This document shows, one piece after another, positions 10,569 to 18,390 of a stretch of 64,000 bases of DNA (its first letter is position 1; every line of letters begins with the position of its first letter). The position numbers and the translations under genes were made by a program. Source of the stretch: an uncultured delta proteobacterium (lineage in GTDB: Bacteria; Myxococcota; Kuafuiibacteriia; Kuafuiibacteriales; Kuafuiibacteriaceae); assembly GCA_963803435.1 (NCBI GenBank), contig CAWDML010000009.1:32001-96000 (forward strand). The letters are read 5' to 3'. The notes below the pieces were generated by a model. The model had not been told where the DNA came from. It made no database searches and was given only the letters and a program-made list of their open reading frames with translations.

Positions 10569-11593
10569 TGATCCCGCTCCTCCTCACCGTCTCGATGGCC
10601 GCGCTGCCGGAGCGGCTCGAGCTCGCGTTCGAGCAGGCGCCCGGCGGATGTGCGCTGGATGTCCGGCTGCCCCGATCGATCGGACGGTACGTGCCGCGGC
10701 TGGCGATCGGCGCCGGCTCGAGTGGGGCCGGCACCTGGCGGCTCTCGGTGTCGTCGTCGCCGGGCGAGGTGGCGCTGGTCCTCTTCGACGATCGCGGCGA
10801 GGCCGCGCTCCGGCGGACGCTCAAGAGCCCTCCGGAGGCGTGTGCGGCCACCGCCGACGGGATCGGGTTGATCCTGGAGCGCTATCTCCGCGATCTCGGG
10901 TACGAGACCGGCTTCGAGCCGCTGCCTCCGCCTCCGCCTCCGCCCGAGCCGCCTCCGCCTCCGCCTCCGCCCCCCGAGTCGCCTCCGCCTCCGCCTCCGC
11001 CTCCGCCTGCGCCGCCTCCGCCCGAGCCGCCGCCGCCCGAGATCCGCACGGCCACCGTGGCGCCCCTGGTGATCGGGCTCGACCTGGCGGCCGGCGCCGC
11101 GCTCGAGGTCTCGGCGTCCGCGCCGCGGCTGGGCGGGCAGCTCCAGCTGGGCCTTTCGCTGGGGCCGGGGCGGATCGAGCTCTCGCTGTTCGGCCTGGCG
11201 CTGGTGCCGGGCGCCGCCCGGGTGCGGGTCGGCGGCGCGGCGATCGGTGACTACCAGGTCTGGTCCGCCGGCGGCCTAATCCAGGGCGGCGCCTGCCTCG
11301 ACGCGGCGCCGTTCGCGCTCTGCCTGCTGGCCGGCGGCGGCGTCGAGCGGATCCAGGGCCAAAGTAACGCGGCGCGGCTCTTCCTTCAGGCCACCGGCCA
11401 CCAGTGGGGTGGGCGGGTGTCGATCGGGGGCCGAGCGGCGTGGTCCTTCGGTCGATTTCTCCTTTATTTACGCGCGGAAGCGATCCTGCGGCCGGTCGCG
11501 TTCCGCTTCCAGGTCGAGGGCGCGGACGAACCCTACCGCGTCCGAGCCGGGGCCGCCTTCCTCGCGCTCGGGGTCGCGTCCAAACTTTTTTGA
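10565..11593 (+). CDS. Exported protein with poly-proline linker and probable C-terminal beta-barrel
   Basis: Signal-like N-terminus, Pro-rich linker, alternating beta-strand pattern, terminal Phe. Confidence 0.7.
   Translation: MMIPLLLTVSMAALPERLELAFEQAPGGCALDVRLPRSIGRYVPRLAIGAGSSGAGTWRLSVSSSPGEVALVLFDDRGEAALRRTLKSPPEACAATADGIGLILERYLRDLGYETGFEPLPPPPPPPEPPPPPPPPPESPPPPPPPPPAPPPPEPPPPEIRTATVAPLVIGLDLAAGAALEVSASAPRLGGQLQLGLSLGPGRIELSLFGLALVPGAARVRVGGAAIGDYQVWSAGGLIQGGACLDAAPFALCLLAGGGVERIQGQSNAARLFLQATGHQWGGRVSIGGRAAWSFGRFLLYLRAEAILRPVAFRFQVEGADEPYRVRAGAAFLALGVASKLF
10920..11041. repeat. (CCTCCG)n coding microsatellite giving the poly-Pro linker
   Basis: Tandem CCTCCG units seen directly. 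Confidence 0.9.
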
Positions 11594-11622
11594 AGGTGCC
11601 GAGGGCGCGGAGCCATTCACCG
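11591..11622 (+). promoter_or_regulatory. Putative ECF sigma promoter (autoregulatory copy)
   Basis: TGAAGGTGCCG-N11-CCATTCACCG, with a same-spaced twin at 13569. Confidence 0.7.
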
Positions 11623-11640
11623 TCGAGCGGCGTGGAGACC

Positions 11641-12207
11641 GTGGAGTCAAACGGGATCCTCGCGGTGGTGGAGCGCTGCCGCGCGCGGGATGAAACGGCA
11701 TGGAAGGAGCTGTACGACGCCCACTTCGAGTACGTGTTGCGCGTGGCGCGACGGCTCGGCACACCCGAGTCCGAGGCGGAGGACGTGGTGCACGACGTGT
11801 TCGTGGTGGTGCACCGGAAGCTCGATCGTTTCGAGGGCGGCCGCTTGACCACCTGGCTCTACCGGATCACCGCCAACGTGGTCTCCGACCGGCACCGCAA
11901 GCGGCGGGTACGCCGCGCGTTCGAGCCGTTCCTCAGCTGGTTCGGCGCCGAGCCGAGCGAGTCGCCGGAGCAATCGGCCGAGCGCTCGTCGGCGACGCGG
12001 GCCGTCGAGCGGGTGCTCGAGCGGATGAGCCCGAAGAAGCGCGAGGTCTTCGCGCTGTTCGAGCTGGAGAGCCTCAGCGGCGAGGAGATCGCCGAGCGCA
12101 CCGGATGTCCGATCAACACGGTATGGACGCGGCTGTATCACGCGCGGAGGCAGTTCCTCGAGATCGCGCGGCGCCTCGGCGTTCTCGATGAGGTGAGCGG
12201 GCCATGA
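11641..12207 (+). CDS. ECF RNA polymerase sigma factor
   Basis: AEDVVHDVFV, LTTWLYRITANV and region 4 EEIAERTGCPINTVWTRLYHAR. Start is approximate. Confidence 0.93.
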   Translation: MESNGILAVVERCRARDETAWKELYDAHFEYVLRVARRLGTPESEAEDVVHDVFVVVHRKLDRFEGGRLTTWLYRITANVVSDRHRKRRVRRAFEPFLSWFGAEPSESPEQSAERSSATRAVERVLERMSPKKREVFALFELESLSGEEIAERTGCPINTVWTRLYHARRQFLEIARRLGVLDEVSGP

Positions 12208-13571
12208 CCTCGCAGAAAGAGCCGCGCCGGTGGGTGGAGCGCAACGACCTCGAGGGCGATCCGGCGCAGGCCGCCGCGCTCCTCCGTCAGGTCGGAGAGA
12301 CCCGTTCGAGGCCGGGCGCGCGGGCGCGGGTCTGGTCCCGACTCCAGCGGCCGGCCCGGTCGCGCCGTCCCCTCGCAATGGCCGCGATCGCCGGTGCGGG
12401 CCTGGCGGTGATCCTCGGCCTGGCGCTGCGCACGCTCGAGACGCCGGTGGTCGAGGTGGTGGCCGGCCTCGATCGCGTGAAGGTCGAGGCGCGCGCCGGA
12501 TCCGAGGCGCGCGTGGTGCGGGCGTCCCACGGCGGCGCGAGCATCGTGATCGGTGGCCTGGCGCGCGTCGATCTCCTGCCCGACACCGAGCTGATCGCGA
12601 CGACTCGCGCGCACGAGGTCGCCATCGAGCTCATCGCCGGCGGGATCGTCGCGACGCCGCTCGAGGGCGAGCTGGCGACCGTGCGCGTGTCGGCGCAGCC
12701 CTACTCGATCGAAGGCGAGCGCCTGGAGGCGCGCGTGGTTCGGGTGGGCACCCAGGACGTCGAGGTCGAGGTGATCGCCGGCGACGCGGAGGTGACGGGA
12801 CCGTCCGGGGGTCGCCGGCTGCGCGCGGGCGAGGTGTTCGGATCCGCGCCCACCACCGCCGCGCTGACGCCGCCGCCCGCGCCCGCGCCCGAGCCCGAGC
12901 GCCCGCCGGAGCCTCCCCGGGCAAAGCCCCGCCGGCGCGTGAGGGTGCGGACCGTCGAGCCGGCCGTCGTCGCGCCGAACCCCGAGGCGCCGGTACCCGA
13001 GGTTACGCCTGCGATCCCCGAGGGACCCGACTGGGACGCCCTGTACCGCGAGGCGACCGAGACGCGCGATCCCGACCACGCGATCGCGCTGTTCGATCGG
13101 CTGGCGACGAGCGGCACGCAGTGGAGCGAGGTGAGCGCGTTCCAGTCGGCGCGGCTTCAGATGCAGCGCGGCCGGTGCGCGGAGGCGATCGATCGCCTCC
13201 GATCGTTGATCGGCGGCACGTACGATCCGGAGGTCCGGCTGGACGTGATCGAGTGCCGGCTGCAGCTCGCGGACCTCGGCGGCGCGGAGCGCGATCTCGA
13301 CGCCTTCCTCCGGATTCATCCGGATAGCGAGCGGCAGGCCGACCTGCGCTTCCTGCGGGCGGAGCTGGCGAGGAAGAGCGACCGCTGCGCGGACGCCATC
13401 CCGGACTACGAATCGGCACAGAGCTCGCGGCGCGGCGACGACGCACTGTACTTCGACGCCTGGTGTCAGCTCCACCTCGGGCGATCGGCCGCGGGCGTCG
13501 AGACGCTCCAGCGGTATCTCGAGCGATTCCCCCACGGGCGTCACGCCGGCGAGGCCCGAAAGAAATTATGA
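12204..13571 (+). CDS. Putative transmembrane anti-sigma factor (FecR-like domain plus C-terminal TPR)
   Basis: Overlaps the sigma stop. Single TM, beta-rich FecR-like region, Pro linker, TPRs ending YLERFPHGRH. Confidence 0.75.
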   Translation: MTSQKEPRRWVERNDLEGDPAQAAALLRQVGETRSRPGARARVWSRLQRPARSRRPLAMAAIAGAGLAVILGLALRTLETPVVEVVAGLDRVKVEARAGSEARVVRASHGGASIVIGGLARVDLLPDTELIATTRAHEVAIELIAGGIVATPLEGELATVRVSAQPYSIEGERLEARVVRVGTQDVEVEVIAGDAEVTGPSGGRRLRAGEVFGSAPTTAALTPPPAPAPEPERPPEPPRAKPRRRVRVRTVEPAVVAPNPEAPVPEVTPAIPEGPDWDALYREATETRDPDHAIALFDRLATSGTQWSEVSAFQSARLQMQRGRCAEAIDRLRSLIGGTYDPEVRLDVIECRLQLADLGGAERDLDAFLRIHPDSERQADLRFLRAELARKSDRCADAIPDYESAQSSRRGDDALYFDAWCQLHLGRSAAGVETLQRYLERFPHGRHAGEARKKL

Positions 13572-13600
13572 AGGTGCCGGCGCCCTCGCTCCATACACCG
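13569..13600 (+). promoter_or_regulatory. Putative ECF sigma promoter (target-gene copy)
   Basis: TGAAGGTGCCG-N11-CCATACACCG, followed by an AAGGAG RBS. Confidence 0.7.
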
Positions 13601-13618
13601 ACGTCGAAGGAGCTTCGT

Positions 13619-15238
13619 ATGAACAAAAGACTACCCACAGCACTCATCTCGGCGGGCCTGGTGCTCGGCCTCGCCGGTTGCAAGGACGAGAGCACTTCCC
13701 TCGGTCAGGTCTACATCAAGCAAGCGCTGGTGAGCGCCTCCATGGGCGGCTCACTGGCCGTGACGCAGGCCGACTGCGACGCCGGCTCGGCCTACTGCGC
13801 CTACGTCGGCACGAGTGTCGTGATCCCTCGCGGCGCGCTGTCGACGGACACCGACATCACCATCGGCGTCGGCGAGGACACCACCGGGCGCAACGGCAAC
13901 ACGGTCGGCCCGGCGATCGACTTCGGACCGAGCGGCACCACGTTCTCCTCGCCGGTCGAGATCACGATCCCGGTGGAGACGGCGCTCGACAAGGACCTGC
14001 TGCGTGTCTACGTGACCCAGGCGGACGGCACCAAGAGCGTGCTGATGCCGCATCAGATCGCGTACAACCCGATCAACAAGACGGCGCGCTTCCTGGTCGG
14101 TCACTTCACCACGTTCCAGTGCGGCCAGGGGACCGATCCCTGTAGCGACGTCGACGGGTGTCCCGGCGGCGTCTGTGAAAATGGACAGTGTACCGACCCC
14201 TGCGAGCCGGCTGACTGTGGTCTGATGCCCGGCATCCCCACCTGGACCTGCGACGACGGCACGGTCGGCGGATTCACCGGCCAGTGCGAGCGGCAGGCCG
14301 ACGGGAGCTGCGGCTGGGACATCAACAACTGCGAGGATCCGTGCATCCTGATCTGCCAGCCCGACGCGAACGGTGACTGCGCGTCCGTGTGCAACACCAA
14401 CTGCGGAGGCCAGGCCTGCCCGCCCGGAAGCACCTGCGATCCCACCACCAACAGCTGCGTGAACGACTGTGTCTGCCCGGACGGCACGCTCTGTCAGTTC
14501 GGCCCGAACGGCACCGTCTCCTGCGGCGTCCCTCCCGGCTGCGATGCGACGACCTGCCCGCCCGGAAGCACCTGCGACCCGGCGACCGGGAGCTGCATGG
14601 GGACCGGATGCGCCTGCCCGGGCGGCGTGCCCTGCACGATCGATCCGAACGGCAACGTGTCCTGCGGCAACGTCTGCGATCCGAACACCTGCCCGCCCGG
14701 GAGCGTCTGCGATCCGACCACCGGCGCTTGCATGAACGCGTGCACCTGCCCCGACGGCCAGACGTGTACGTTCGGTCCGAACGGCACCGTCTCCTGCGGC
14801 ACTGGCTGCGATCCGAACGCGTGCCCGCCCGGAAGCACCTGCGACCCGGCGACCGGCAACTGCATCGGCTCGTGCGTGTGCCCGGACGGGACGCCGTGCG
14901 CGACCGACCCGACGAACGGCACTGTCTCCTGCGGCTCCAACGAGTGCTCGCCCGACGAGTGCGGGCCGCAGCCGGGCCTGGCGACGTGGACCTGTGACGA
15001 CGGCACGGTCGGCGGCTCCACCGGCCGGTGCCTCCGCAACGCCAACGGTGGCTGCGGCTGGGAGATCATCTGGTGCCCGATGGCGTGCGATCCGACGCTC
15101 TGCGGAGGACAGCCTCCGCCGCCGGACCCGAACGACGCCTGCGCCGACGGTACCGTCCCACCGTACGTCTGCGGTCATGATTCGGCCGGCAACTGCGGCT
15201 GGACGCGCAGCTGCGGGACCGACCCGAACGGTAACTGA
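13619..15238 (+). CDS. Cys-rich repeat lipoprotein with N-terminal ZU5-like domain
   Basis: Lipobox LAGC; VVIPRGAL..FGPSGTTFSSPVEITIP..HFT; four CPPGS.CDP.T repeats; two TWTCDDGTVGG.TG.C repeats. Confidence 0.85.
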   Translation: MNKRLPTALISAGLVLGLAGCKDESTSLGQVYIKQALVSASMGGSLAVTQADCDAGSAYCAYVGTSVVIPRGALSTDTDITIGVGEDTTGRNGNTVGPAIDFGPSGTTFSSPVEITIPVETALDKDLLRVYVTQADGTKSVLMPHQIAYNPINKTARFLVGHFTTFQCGQGTDPCSDVDGCPGGVCENGQCTDPCEPADCGLMPGIPTWTCDDGTVGGFTGQCERQADGSCGWDINNCEDPCILICQPDANGDCASVCNTNCGGQACPPGSTCDPTTNSCVNDCVCPDGTLCQFGPNGTVSCGVPPGCDATTCPPGSTCDPATGSCMGTGCACPGGVPCTIDPNGNVSCGNVCDPNTCPPGSVCDPTTGACMNACTCPDGQTCTFGPNGTVSCGTGCDPNACPPGSTCDPATGNCIGSCVCPDGTPCATDPTNGTVSCGSNECSPDECGPQPGLATWTCDDGTVGGSTGRCLRNANGGCGWEIIWCPMACDPTLCGGQPPPPDPNDACADGTVPPYVCGHDSAGNCGWTRSCGTDPNGN

Positions 15239-15251
15239 GGCCTCACTTCCC

Positions 15252-15299
15252 GAGACGGCGGGTGTCGCGAGGGCCGCGGCACCCGCCGTTTCCGTTTTT
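15252..15299 (+). terminator. Rho-independent terminator
   Basis: GAGACGGCGGGTGTCGCG / CGCGGCACCCGCCGTTTC stem followed by a T-rich tail. Confidence 0.8.
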
Positions 15300-15396
15300 G
15301 GAGGTGATGGATCGATCCATTTCTTCTTGCTTACAAAGGCTGTCACCCTGTTGCTTCTGATCGACAGTCCACTCCGACATCGCGCTTGTTCTCCAC

Positions 15397-15412
15397 TGGC
15401 ACACCCCGTGCT
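15397..15412 (+). promoter_or_regulatory. Putative sigma54 (-24/-12) promoter
   Basis: TGGCAC-ACCCC-GTGCT with exact GG-N10-GC spacing, 45 bp before the ATG. Confidence 0.65.
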
Positions 15413-15457
15413 CTAGCCTCTTCCGCACATCATTTCCGAGGAAGGGAACGAGAGATC

Positions 15458-16636
15458 ATGACGGACGGGAACATCAGCGTTTCAGGCACACACATCCAGA
15501 ACCTCCAGTTCAACTACAACAAAGAGACAGGCAACATCTCGGACTTGAAGATGCTGGACGCCACCTCCTTGGGTGTGCGGGGCAACCTGAGCGAGAGCGA
15601 GCTCAACACGCTCAAGACCCGCCTTCGGGACACCATCGGGGCCGACACCACCGGGACCAAGGAGAAGATCGCGGACAAGGCCGATACCACCGAGACGAAG
15701 AAGGCCGAGCTGCCCAAGGCCTACACCAGCTCGGGCCGCTACACGGAAGCAAAGACCGACGCGGACCTCCGCGAAGGCTTCAAGGGTGACAAGGTCACAG
15801 CCGAGCAGCAGCGCCTCAAGGATCTCGGCTATGACGTCGGCGACGGCGGCACCAACCACGACGGCGTCGACGGCTTCTGGGGTCCCAAGACGCAGAAGGC
15901 GTACGACCAGTACCTGGCCGACACCAAGCGGACGCCCGAGAGCACGACGCCGGACACGAAGACGACCACCACGCCGGACGGGAAGACCAAGCCGACCGAT
16001 CCGAAGACCACGACGAGCACGCAGCAGCAGGACATCGACGCGCTGCGGGCCGACGCGAAGACCCGGACGAAGTACCAGAAGGTCGACAACCCGGACGAGA
16101 CCACCAAGGAGCTGGTGCAGGACATCAAGGCCGGCAACACCGACGACATCATCGGGACGCTGACCAACACCCGCAACGCCGACATGAAGGAGATCGACAA
16201 GCGGCTCCCGCGCGACCAGAACGGCAACTATACGACCCCGCTCGCCGACGTGGACGGGAACGACTCGGACTTCGCCGACCTCGGCAACAAGATGCTGAAG
16301 GGCAATCGCAACGAGGGCGCCGACGCCGCGGCCAACAGCAAGGCGGTCGACGGCTACGCCAAGCAGCTGCTCGAGGCGCGGGAGCAGCCGGGGATCGGAC
16401 ACTACCTCCCCAGCTTCATGGACGGGACCGACGAGGCGAAGATGAACGACGTGTTCGCGACGGCCTCGGGCGCGCAGCTCAAGGAGCTCGACCGCCGCTT
16501 CCGCGAAGGCATCAAGACCGACAGCGGCGAAGTCGTGAAGTTCCCGGGCGGCCTCGAGGAGTACGTGAAGTCGGAGATCGGCGAGGGCGCGCACCGCGAC
16601 ATGCTGCTCGCCCAGCTCAACCGGCCGCTGCGCTAG
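15458..16636 (+). CDS. Protein with peptidoglycan-binding domain and annexin-like repeat(s)
   Basis: LREGFKGDKV..EQQRLKDLGY...VDGFWGPKTQKA (PG_binding_1). AKQLLEA...DGTDEAKMNDVFATASGAQLKEL...LEEYVKSE...MLL (annexin repeat). Confidence 0.78.
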   Translation: MTDGNISVSGTHIQNLQFNYNKETGNISDLKMLDATSLGVRGNLSESELNTLKTRLRDTIGADTTGTKEKIADKADTTETKKAELPKAYTSSGRYTEAKTDADLREGFKGDKVTAEQQRLKDLGYDVGDGGTNHDGVDGFWGPKTQKAYDQYLADTKRTPESTTPDTKTTTTPDGKTKPTDPKTTTSTQQQDIDALRADAKTRTKYQKVDNPDETTKELVQDIKAGNTDDIIGTLTNTRNADMKEIDKRLPRDQNGNYTTPLADVDGNDSDFADLGNKMLKGNRNEGADAAANSKAVDGYAKQLLEAREQPGIGHYLPSFMDGTDEAKMNDVFATASGAQLKELDRRFREGIKTDSGEVVKFPGGLEEYVKSEIGEGAHRDMLLAQLNRPLR

Positions 16637-16658
16637 GAACAGGGAGGGATCGGGGAGG

Positions 16659-17159
16659 ATGACGATGCAGAAGCAGACCAACGAGGACATGGTGCTCGCC
16701 GATTTCGTGCTCCGGATGGTGATCAAGGAGGAGGAGCGCTTCACGCTGCATCCGCAGGCCCAGGAGGGCTTCAAGGCCGCGCTCGACACGCTGTTCGCCA
16801 ACCCGAAGCTCGATGCGAAGATGGAGATCGAAGCGCTGGTTCGGCTGGGCTGGATGTTCGAGCGCGATCAGGTGTTCGAGCTCGCCGACGGCATCCTCGG
16901 TCTGTTGTCGAAGGACGATCGGGTGCTCAGCACGCTCGGGATCACCGCCAGCGGCAAGACGCGTGAGGTGAAGAGGCAGTTCGCCAAGCTGGCCGGCGCG
17001 GAGGAGAAGCTGGCGGCGCCGGTGTTCGGTACGGAGGCCCCGGAGGGTTCGCTCAAGGTCGCCAGCTTCCTCGAGCCGGGACGTGAGATGGGCCGGGCGC
17101 CGCGCCGGTCGACGCCCAAGCCCGGCAAGGCGAACGGCAAGCGACGCTTCAAGAGCTGA
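16659..17159 (+). CDS. Hypothetical helical protein (166 aa)
   Basis: Strong GGAGG RBS, 22 bp after the preceding gene, coding-like composition. Confidence 0.75.
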   Translation: MTMQKQTNEDMVLADFVLRMVIKEEERFTLHPQAQEGFKAALDTLFANPKLDAKMEIEALVRLGWMFERDQVFELADGILGLLSKDDRVLSTLGITASGKTREVKRQFAKLAGAEEKLAAPVFGTEAPEGSLKVASFLEPGREMGRAPRRSTPKPGKANGKRRFKS

Positions 17160-18321
17160 GGTGCAGGAGCACCCACGCGAGCATCACCGCGCACGCCACC
17201 AACGTCACACCGATCCCAATCGCTGCGATCGATCGGATCGGCACGTTCCTCCGCACCTCGGGCCCCAGGTCGTTCGTCGTGGACGAGGTGCGCTCGTTCC
17301 AGGTGATCGTGTCGGTGACGATCGGATCGGCGAGCGGGCGGCCGAGTGGCGCACGGAGGACGGTCTCGATCAGGACACTCGGATCCGAGTGACCGAGCGG
17401 CGGGACCTTGGCCAGCAGCGGGTCGCCGAGCGCCGAGCGCCGGTTTCCCGGGAGCTGTGCCGAGAGCACGGACGCACTGCGTCCGAGTGACGCCATGAAG
17501 CCGGACAGCTTCGCCTCCAGCTCCAGGCCCGGAACCACGCGCTCTCGATAGGCGAGCAGCGCCATCGCGAAGGCGGCCGCGTCGGAGTAGCGGTGGTCTC
17601 GATCGCGCGCCACCGCCTTCATCACCAGCCCGTCGAGGTCGGGATCCGACTCCACCAGCTCCGAGAGGTGCGGCACCGAGCTCGAGATCGCGCTGGCGAC
17701 GATCTCGGTCTCGCTCCAGCCGTCCCGCACGCGCCGGCCGCTCAGAAGCTCGATCAGGATCAGGCCCAAGGAGAAGATGTCCGCCCGTGGATCCAGCGGC
17801 TCTCCTCTCGCCTGCTCCGGTGCGACGTAGGCGCTGGTGCCCTCGCAGTGACCGCCCAGATCGATGATCTTCACCCGCCCGTCGTAGGTCAGGATCACGT
17901 TGGCGGGGCAGAGGTCGCCATGGACCGAGCCCAGCTGGTGGAGTCGGTGCAGACCGCGGGCCAGCCGGTGCGCGATCTCGAGGGCGAGCGCAGCCGGCAT
18001 GCGGCGGTGGCTGGTGGAGAGGACGTCGTGCAGCGTCTCACCGTGGAGAAACTCGGTGGCCAAGAATCGTTCTCCCTGGTGATCGAAGCTCTCGAAGGCC
18101 TGGATGAGGTGCTCGTGATCGGCCGCCTCCGCGAGCGCGGCCTCCCGCGCGAAGCGCCGCTGCTGCTCGAGGTCGTGCGCACGATCGGCGCAGAGGGTCT
18201 TCAGCGCGACCAGTGTGGTGCTCTCGCCGCGGCGCGCCAAATACACGTGCGAGGTGTCGCCGCGCGCCCAGCGGCGGACGATTCGATACGCACCGATGCA
18301 ACCGGTCTCGGACGAGCCCAT
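17149..18321 (-). CDS. Divergent Ser/Thr kinase with C-terminal TM helix
   Basis: VALK, HGDLCPAN, DLG, GTSAYVAPEQ and DIFSLG motifs; degenerate Gly-loop. Confidence 0.85.
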   Translation of the reverse strand: MGSSETGCIGAYRIVRRWARGDTSHVYLARRGESTTLVALKTLCADRAHDLEQQRRFAREAALAEAADHEHLIQAFESFDHQGERFLATEFLHGETLHDVLSTSHRRMPAALALEIAHRLARGLHRLHQLGSVHGDLCPANVILTYDGRVKIIDLGGHCEGTSAYVAPEQARGEPLDPRADIFSLGLILIELLSGRRVRDGWSETEIVASAISSSVPHLSELVESDPDLDGLVMKAVARDRDHRYSDAAAFAMALLAYRERVVPGLELEAKLSGFMASLGRSASVLSAQLPGNRRSALGDPLLAKVPPLGHSDPSVLIETVLRAPLGRPLADPIVTDTITWNERTSSTTNDLGPEVRRNVPIRSIAAIGIGVTLVACAVMLAWVLLHLSS

Positions 18322-18390
18322 GACGGGAGAGTTTCAAGGTAGCGCCCTACGAAGACGGCCATCAATGTGAACGCGGCGCCGTCGGCTCAC

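Noticed and set aside
10920-11041. Phase-variable simple sequence repeat
   Set aside because: The 6-bp unit keeps the reading frame, so slippage would only change linker length.
14400-14940. CRISPR-like spaced repeats
   Set aside because: The repeats are in-frame coding units of the Cys-rich lipoprotein, the intervening parts are homologous to each other, and there are no cas genes.
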